Part shown: one piece after another, positions 58,821 to 64,000 of the stretch
How positions within the stretch are numbered: position 1 is the stretch's first letter
Layout of the letters: every line of letters begins with the position of its first letter
DNA from: a virus
Strand: one strand, 5' to 3'
DNA length: 64,000 nt
Virus record (IMG/VR): IMGVR_UViG_3300009408_000001
Location: 64,001 to 128,000 of that record
The notes under the pieces: generated by a model
Told to the model about the DNA's origin: nothing
The model's database searches: none
What the model saw: only the letters and a program-made list of their open reading frames with translations
Made by a program: the position numbers and the translations under genes

Positions 58821-59480
58821 AATAACCGCTTAGAAACAAAAGTCTGTGTAGGCCCCTATCTAATATCCGTATCAAAGGGGACAGTATGCATAACTGCTAT
58901 GGATTCTGTACCCTCCGAAATGGGGAAACCCAAGTTTAAAGACGCAGTTGGAATTATCCCGGGTGCCGGAAGTCGTGTTTACATTGTGTGTTCCTCCGGA
59001 CGCAAGGAACTGGCCATTCGGGAATACAATGTGTATGGGAATGAGTCCGTCGATGTAGAACTAGCCATGGCGACTTGCACTCGTCTAGGTATGGAAGAAG
59101 CCGGACCTTACTCGTGTACCCGGGTACACGATGGGATTTTGTACCACAGTAGGGACATGTCCGAATCCCAGACAATGGTACCGGTACCCATTGGGGTCGG
59201 TTTAAAGGTGCGTGGTTTGATTGGTAACCTCTCCACCCCTACGGTGGTCATATTGGAAGATGGTACCGTTCTGTCGCTGACTGCCAATGGAAAACTAACG
59301 TTCTTATTTACAACGGTTAATCCGTACGAAGATGAACTTGCAGTACACCATTACAGTAAGCCCACGAACGATGGAGATCCTGGACAAATAGTACAGTGGT
59401 GGAAATCTTACCATGAACTAACGACACTGGCTTCAAAGTACTACGACAACATAGTCCCTTCCAAGAAAAACATAACCTAG
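58818..59480 (+). CDS. Hypothetical beta-rich protein
   Basis: ATG after the cassette RBS. Confidence 0.75.
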   Translation: MNNRLETKVCVGPYLISVSKGTVCITAMDSVPSEMGKPKFKDAVGIIPGAGSRVYIVCSSGRKELAIREYNVYGNESVDVELAMATCTRLGMEEAGPYSCTRVHDGILYHSRDMSESQTMVPVPIGVGLKVRGLIGNLSTPTVVILEDGTVLSLTANGKLTFLFTTVNPYEDELAVHHYSKPTNDGDPGQIVQWWKSYHELTTLASKYYDNIVPSKKNIT

Positions 59481-59489
59481 GAGAACAAC

Positions 59490-60470
59490 ATGACAAAATG
59501 TGAAGTATATGCAAATCACAAATTCGAAGGATACCTTCGGTTCAGTCAAGATTACATTGTCCTTCTTACCCCCTGTATGGATGATACCATCCGCTGGCAT
59601 AATGTCGTGCCCCCAGAAGGAGTAGATGTAGAGGTACACATTAAGGTAACCCAGGAAATGTTCGCGGCAGAAGGTGTCAAAGCCCTTGATAGACTGTTTA
59701 AACGAGTAACCCCTGAAGAACGGGAAGCCGTGCTTAACGCACACGGTTACGTAGACCTATATGGCGCATCGTACATGGTACACAACGGAACCCTATATTA
59801 CTTCATGGGCGATAACGTGTACACTGTCTTTGAGTTTTATCCCGTTACGGGGATTGTCCGTGATGGTTTGAGTGTGGTTACCACACAATCTTTCAAAGGC
59901 AAACCAATCGGACAGTACCGGGTAAGTCCAGAAAAGCCAGTACCCTTGTTGTTGGACCAAGACAACGAGCTGAACATTCCTAACTTACTCCCTTCCACTA
60001 CCTCCCTCTTGGATTTACAGCAGTTGGTCCGAGTCCCAGTGAGGCGACATTCCGGTGTGGCCAACTGGAACGTGGACATCACAAGAGCAGATACTACAGC
60101 GCACGTGATGCGTATTCACCATGACGATACTGATCTCGAATTTGAAATCGTTAATGGTTCGGTAACGGTGACTTCAGGCGGAGGCATTAGTGAAATAAAG
60201 ATTCAAGATGACCGGGTTGCATATTCCCTATGTCCAGTTGGTAACGACCGGTTATTAATCACATGTACGGATAATACAGTTTGGGAAACCTCTGTCGAGG
60301 GTGAAGTGATGTTAGCAACCCACCCATATGTTCCAGGCTACACGGTAACTGCGGTGTGTACCTTGGACCCTACGGAAGAAGACCCAGCGTGTTTCCGGGT
60401 TGACGCCATTCGTGTGGTAGACGGTGTGTTGGTACGGGGGTTCAACCTGGGTTATCTATTCTTTAGTTAA
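59490..60470 (+). CDS. Hypothetical beta-rich protein
   Basis: AGGAG RBS; 326 aa. Confidence 0.8.
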   Translation: MTKCEVYANHKFEGYLRFSQDYIVLLTPCMDDTIRWHNVVPPEGVDVEVHIKVTQEMFAAEGVKALDRLFKRVTPEEREAVLNAHGYVDLYGASYMVHNGTLYYFMGDNVYTVFEFYPVTGIVRDGLSVVTTQSFKGKPIGQYRVSPEKPVPLLLDQDNELNIPNLLPSTTSLLDLQQLVRVPVRRHSGVANWNVDITRADTTAHVMRIHHDDTDLEFEIVNGSVTVTSGGGISEIKIQDDRVAYSLCPVGNDRLLITCTDNTVWETSVEGEVMLATHPYVPGYTVTAVCTLDPTEEDPACFRVDAIRVVDGVLVRGFNLGYLFFS

Positions 60471-60489
60471 CCGACGACGACATAAATAA

Positions 60490-60601
60490 GAGGCCCTTAA
60501 CGGGGCCTCTTTCTTTTTTACCGTTTCAGACATTATTAAGAACCACATTACCTTACTGATAACACCTCCGTGTTATTTAATCCATTAGGAGATTTACCAT
60601 G
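60490..60601 (+). repeat. Regulatory cassette copy E
   Basis: Near-identical to copy A over about 110 bp; palindrome ATAACACCTCCGTGTTAT at 60559-60576. Confidence 0.9.
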
Positions 60602-61246
60602 GCTACATTGCTAAAAGTATTCCACATTATCGACCCGTCTGACTCATCGCCAGTTGTCCAACAATTATCTTTCGCGGTGGCAGATACTGACTACACGGTA
60701 GGCGCAGAAGTAATAGGCCACTTGGTGTTAACTTCTTCCATTGCCCAAGTTCGTCCATGGGAAGCACTGGAATGCAGGGTGGTACTTACCACCCCAGATC
60801 TAGTCAAGCTCACACTAACCCGAAAGGAGAACCCGGAAGACGTACATGCTCTCCTCTTTTCGATCGTGCTGGACGCCCTAGAATCAGAACCATCACATAG
60901 TCCTGATCTACGTCGGTACGCAGAGAACCCACAGATGCCTCATCCGGTGTTCCCGTCAATTCCGCCTAGTCCGCACGGTAACCAACCACAACCATTCCAG
61001 AGTTACTGCCATCCCCAACCCCATGTTCATCCTTCTGACTCAGTCTATTCAGCAAAGGGTGCTTTAGATTCCGCAATGGGTGATTTAGATTCCGCAATGG
61101 GTGATTTAGATTCCTCAATGGTTGCTTTAGATAAGTTTATAAATGGACCGAAACAGGGTCCTGCCCCTTCAGGTAAAACCCCCGCCAAACCTACAGAGGA
61201 AGTGAGAGAAACTGACCCGGCTTCTAAGAAACCCACCACGCATTAA
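60599..61246 (+). CDS. Hypothetical protein with Pro/Gln/His-rich linker and heptad repeat
   Basis: AGGAG RBS in the cassette. Confidence 0.8.
   Translation: MATLLKVFHIIDPSDSSPVVQQLSFAVADTDYTVGAEVIGHLVLTSSIAQVRPWEALECRVVLTTPDLVKLTLTRKENPEDVHALLFSIVLDALESEPSHSPDLRRYAENPQMPHPVFPSIPPSPHGNQPQPFQSYCHPQPHVHPSDSVYSAKGALDSAMGDLDSAMGDLDSSMVALDKFINGPKQGPAPSGKTPAKPTEEVRETDPASKKPTTH
61064..61132 (+). repeat. 21-bp tandem repeat, about 3.3 copies (LDSAMGD)
   Basis: TTAGATTCCGCAATGGGTGAT twice, then a degenerate third copy. Confidence 0.9.
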
Positions 61247-61289
61247 TAAACAACACGGGTGCTAACCCACCCGTGTACTTGGAGAACAC

Positions 61290-61775
61290 GTGAATACCTT
61301 ACAAATGCTGCAAGTCGACACCATTCTTTTTTCTACTCTTCTCGCCAACGCCCTACCTGTTGGGCACAAAGATAGGCAAGAAGCATTCTTAACCGCCCGT
61401 GCAGTAGAGAGGTCTCTAAAGGGTTCATCTCCACCGGAGTTGATTGATGTACGTGTCCAAAACATCTCCACCCGCAGTAAACTGGACTCCACATTGGATA
61501 ACCTAGACACATTGCAATCGACCTTACCTAGGGTAGATAGGTTACGCGAATTAGTAACTCGGTTAAAGGGAGCTACTGTTACCCTGTCCCTAAAGGAAGA
61601 AACCGTAGTAAAACATGCGGTTGCCCTCATTGGGTCACATTCCATGGTACCTCGTACTTTGTTACAGCGAGGTTTGGTTAAGACCGAGGAAGCGTGGCGT
61701 CGGGTTTCCGAGAAGCAACGAGAGAAAGATACAGAAGTAACCCACCGTAACCACCTACCTACCTGGGCAAAGTAA
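61290..61775 (+). CDS. Hypothetical helical protein
   Basis: GGAGAACAC-GTG RBS. Confidence 0.7.
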   Translation: MNTLQMLQVDTILFSTLLANALPVGHKDRQEAFLTARAVERSLKGSSPPELIDVRVQNISTRSKLDSTLDNLDTLQSTLPRVDRLRELVTRLKGATVTLSLKEETVVKHAVALIGSHSMVPRTLLQRGLVKTEEAWRRVSEKQREKDTEVTHRNHLPTWAK

Positions 61776-61951
61776 CCCATTGTATGTATAAGCTATTCTC
61801 CTGAGTAGTCCATTTGTGGTGGATGGAAACAGGCCTCAGGCGAGCACATGTATATGTGACATTCACACCCTTCCGTGTATCGGAAACGTTGTGCGACATG
61901 TACCGCTGTGTCCATATGTCTGAGAACCTGTTGGTAAATGGTGGTACTTGA

Positions 61952-61982
61952 GAGGCCCTTCACGGGGCCTCTTTCTTTTTTT
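61952..61982 (+). terminator. Terminator (GAGGCCC family)
   Basis: GAGGCCCTTCACGGGGCCTC plus T tract. Confidence 0.9.
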
Positions 61983-61986
61983 GCCG

Positions 61987-62715
61987 TTAACGCGGTACAA
62001 ACATACCGGTGTACGTCTGGGCTTGTTTCTTATCTGCAAACACGTTTATTTTTTTCCATCGTTTCATCTCCGTCTCTTCGTACAGTTCAAATGAGTCAGC
62101 GTACTCGTCTACAATACTTCGTATGTGTTCACTCATGTTACCGTGGCTGAAGGCACTGAACCCGGTTGACAACGATAACTCCTTATGAACATAACCCTTC
62201 GCTGCCAACACACACAGTTTACCAAACTGCATCTGACTGGATACTGGTAGGTTGTGTAAGTTGGCATCGTGTGATAAGATGTAGCGTAATGCCACATGGG
62301 GGGATAACATTGTTTGAGGGGTAGCAATGGTGTTCGGCCCTACCAGGTAAACCTTTTCCGTACCCGGATGATTTGCATTCCCCATGGTACCTTCTGGGTG
62401 GATCGGTCCACGGTTAATAATAGCCAGTGGCTGTAAGATACTCCTCCCGTTTAACAGATCACTGGGTATAACCCACTGTGTCCCAGTTGGGTAGGTCTGG
62501 CGCGGGATGTTGGTTAAGTCCATTACCAATCGTTCACCAGTTACCATGAGTACATCTTTGAGTACAATGCCTCGTATGATCTCACTTACGATGCGGTCAT
62601 CGAGAGAGGCGATTTCGTATTGTCCTACGTTACGCCCGAATAAAGTCCGTTGAAGGATCTCTGTGTTTATCTCCCGGTAGATCCGGTCCAGACCATACTG
62701 AATGTGCGCCGACAT
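61987..62715 (-). CDS. Conserved phiKZ-like hypothetical protein
   Basis: AAGGAG RBS; IQYGLDRIYREI...SLDDRIVSEIIRGIVLKD and FGKLCVLAAKGYVH motifs typical of a jumbo-phage core family. Confidence 0.75.
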   Translation of the reverse strand: MSAHIQYGLDRIYREINTEILQRTLFGRNVGQYEIASLDDRIVSEIIRGIVLKDVLMVTGERLVMDLTNIPRQTYPTGTQWVIPSDLLNGRSILQPLAIINRGPIHPEGTMGNANHPGTEKVYLVGPNTIATPQTMLSPHVALRYILSHDANLHNLPVSSQMQFGKLCVLAAKGYVHKELSLSTGFSAFSHGNMSEHIRSIVDEYADSFELYEETEMKRWKKINVFADKKQAQTYTGMFVPR

Positions 62716-62750
62716 AATTTGTCTCCTTATAAGTACATACGATCCACTAC

Positions 62751-62762
62751 AAGCACATTACC
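62751..62762 (+). promoter_or_regulatory. Early-type promoter core AAGCACATTACC
   Basis: CACATTACC core, intergenic, followed by an imperfect hairpin. Confidence 0.55.
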
Positions 62763-62816
62763 TTTTAGACCGGGGTTAAATAAAGTAGAGCCATCCACCG
62801 GGTAAAAGGGATAAAT

Positions 62817-63434
62817 ATGTCTAACCAAACAATGCCGATCACGTATGTAGAAACATACGTACCCACCATAGGGTGGAAACAACTGGAACATTCGCTTAAT
62901 CTGGAACAAACCAGAAGCCTTTCATATTGGCTAACGGGTTATGGTAAGTGTAGCTACATGTACGGTGACCCAGACGGTAACGATCTAGTTGCATTACAGT
63001 TAGATAGGGGGCTCCCTTCTGGAAACCCATATTCGATAGACAGGTATGGTGTCTGTGTATTATCGCCTCCTGCCGGAAAGGAACACCTGGGTGACTATGG
63101 GTTCGGTTGGTTAACCTCAACGGAAGTAATCGAAGCACATGTTACACTACCCATGTATACTGGGAGAGGCATTATTTCCATAGCGGACTACAACGACATG
63201 CAAGAAGGAGACGCGCCCCCAGGCATCCCCGATATTTACCTAGCCGGGGACATGGTCGTGGTGTCTACCCCGGGTACAATAACCGAGTTAACGACGCACG
63301 TTAACGTCGAATGGAAAATCGACGTAAGTGCAGAGTTCAAACCCTTCGTAGACAGCCTAAAGAAACTGCATTACGAGGTGGGAGAAGTCCGACTTATCTT
63401 CGGATACGTGAAAACCAGGTCCAACCATTATTAA
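62817..63434 (+). CDS. Hypothetical protein
   Basis: AAGGGA RBS; stop codon falls inside cassette copy F. Confidence 0.7.
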   Translation: MSNQTMPITYVETYVPTIGWKQLEHSLNLEQTRSLSYWLTGYGKCSYMYGDPDGNDLVALQLDRGLPSGNPYSIDRYGVCVLSPPAGKEHLGDYGFGWLTSTEVIEAHVTLPMYTGRGIISIADYNDMQEGDAPPGIPDIYLAGDMVVVSTPGTITELTTHVNVEWKIDVSAEFKPFVDSLKKLHYEVGEVRLIFGYVKTRSNHY

Positions 63435-63497
63435 GAACTACATTACCAACATGATAACACGTCCGTGTTATTCTTTCCATTTGGAGCTACATCTAAC
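63425..63497 (+). promoter_or_regulatory. Regulatory cassette copy F (drives phuZ)
   Basis: CCATTATTAAGAACTACATTACC...ATAACACGTCCGTGTTAT (63454-63471)...CCATTTGGAG. Confidence 0.85.
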
Positions 63498-64000
63498 ATG
63501 AGCAAAAACACCACAGAAAAACGAACCGTTGTAACCGTATATGGTTGTGGCGGTACTGGCGTGAACCATATCTTGCATTCCACTGGCACCCCGTTGGCTG
63601 AGCAGGAAAGTGGGCTTTACCCCATGATGAAATATGTCGGGATTGATTCGTCGGCATCTAACTGTCGCAACTACATGGATGCAGCAGACGCCGCTGGTAT
63701 TCCAATTCACCTGTTAGCAGGTGAGATGGGGTTCGGTATGAATCGCCCTCAGGCTGTAAAGAAGTGCAGTCCCCACATCATTCCAATCTTACGGGATTAC
63801 CCACCTACCGATTTCAACATCCTGATTGGGTCTGCTGGTGGAGGAACAGGTTCAGTATTAGTCCCACTGATTGCTAACCAGTTACTGGAACGGAATATTC
63901 CATTCATCATCATGTTGGTTGGTTCCCGGTGTACATCAAGGGAAGCACAGAACACACTAGATACCCTCACCGGTATCCGCAATGCAGCTCGGAAACACCA
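63498..64000 (+). CDS. phuZ: Phage tubulin PhuZ (5' part; runs off the window)
   Basis: Manual translation MSKNTTEKRTVVTVYGCGGTGVN...GIDSSASN...GFGMNR...SAGGGTGSV...REAQNTLDTL contains tubulin/FtsZ GTPase motifs. Confidence 0.9.
   Translation, partial: MSKNTTEKRTVVTVYGCGGTGVNHILHSTGTPLAEQESGLYPMMKYVGIDSSASNCRNYMDAADAAGIPIHLLAGEMGFGMNRPQAVKKCSPHIIPILRDYPPTDFNILIGSAGGGTGSVLVPLIANQLLERNIPFIIMLVGSRCTSREAQNTLDTLTGIRNAARKH

Noticed and set aside
12807-60485. CATAA immediately before many terminator hairpins (TTATG on the other strand, resembling the phiKZ late TATG motif)
   Set aside because: A 4-5-nt motif adjoining A tracts of bidirectional terminators; too short to assign as promoters without TSS data.
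234-61472. GGTGGAGATG as a host Chi site
   Set aside because: It resembles GGTGG-containing Chi sequences (E. coli GCTGGTGG; H. influenzae G(G/C)TGGAGG) but matches neither, and its conserved length is 10-25 nt rather than 8.
1-64000. Genome-wide stop-codon reassignment
   Set aside because: Core genes, including an 11.7-kb ORF, are intact in the standard code, and TAA, TAG and TGA all end genes at expected positions.
1-64000. tRNA genes, integrase, reverse transcriptase/DGR, chimallin
   Set aside because: No cloverleaf with T-loop/CCA, no recombinase or RT motifs and no recognisable chimallin. Chimallin is expected elsewhere in such genomes; nucleus formation is inferred only from phuZ and gene content.

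Overview
This window is a 64-kb segment of a phiKZ-like (Chimalliviridae-type, nucleus-forming) jumbo myophage genome; the host cannot be determined from it. Recognisable core genes are RNase H, a UvsX/RecA-like recombinase, three split virion RNA polymerase subunits (beta-N, beta-C, and beta'-N with DFDGD), and a 3890-aa gp181-like tail protein carrying an M23 peptidase. Also present are the prohead protease, an SbcC/Rad50-like ATPase, tail tube and sheath, three baseplate-region proteins, the large terminase, and the 5' part of the tubulin PhuZ, which the ORF track misses. Accessory islands (about 33.7-36.7, 39.3-42.3 and 52.9-63.4 kb) are built around a repeated terminator + promoter + hairpin + RBS cassette. 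The most unusual signals are: (i) a dispersed 10-mer GGTGGAGATG (at least 9 copies, in several frames and on both strands) that extends to a 25-27-mer in a structured, nearly gene-free locus at 57.0-57.7 kb and is perfectly complementary to a coding mRNA 4 kb away; (ii) the PeSL-like regulatory cassettes, one with its promoter deleted; (iii) an RNAP beta' zinc-binding module captured inside an accessory gene. phiKZ gene numbers are from recalled motif and synteny similarity, not database searches, and all motif counts were made by eye.
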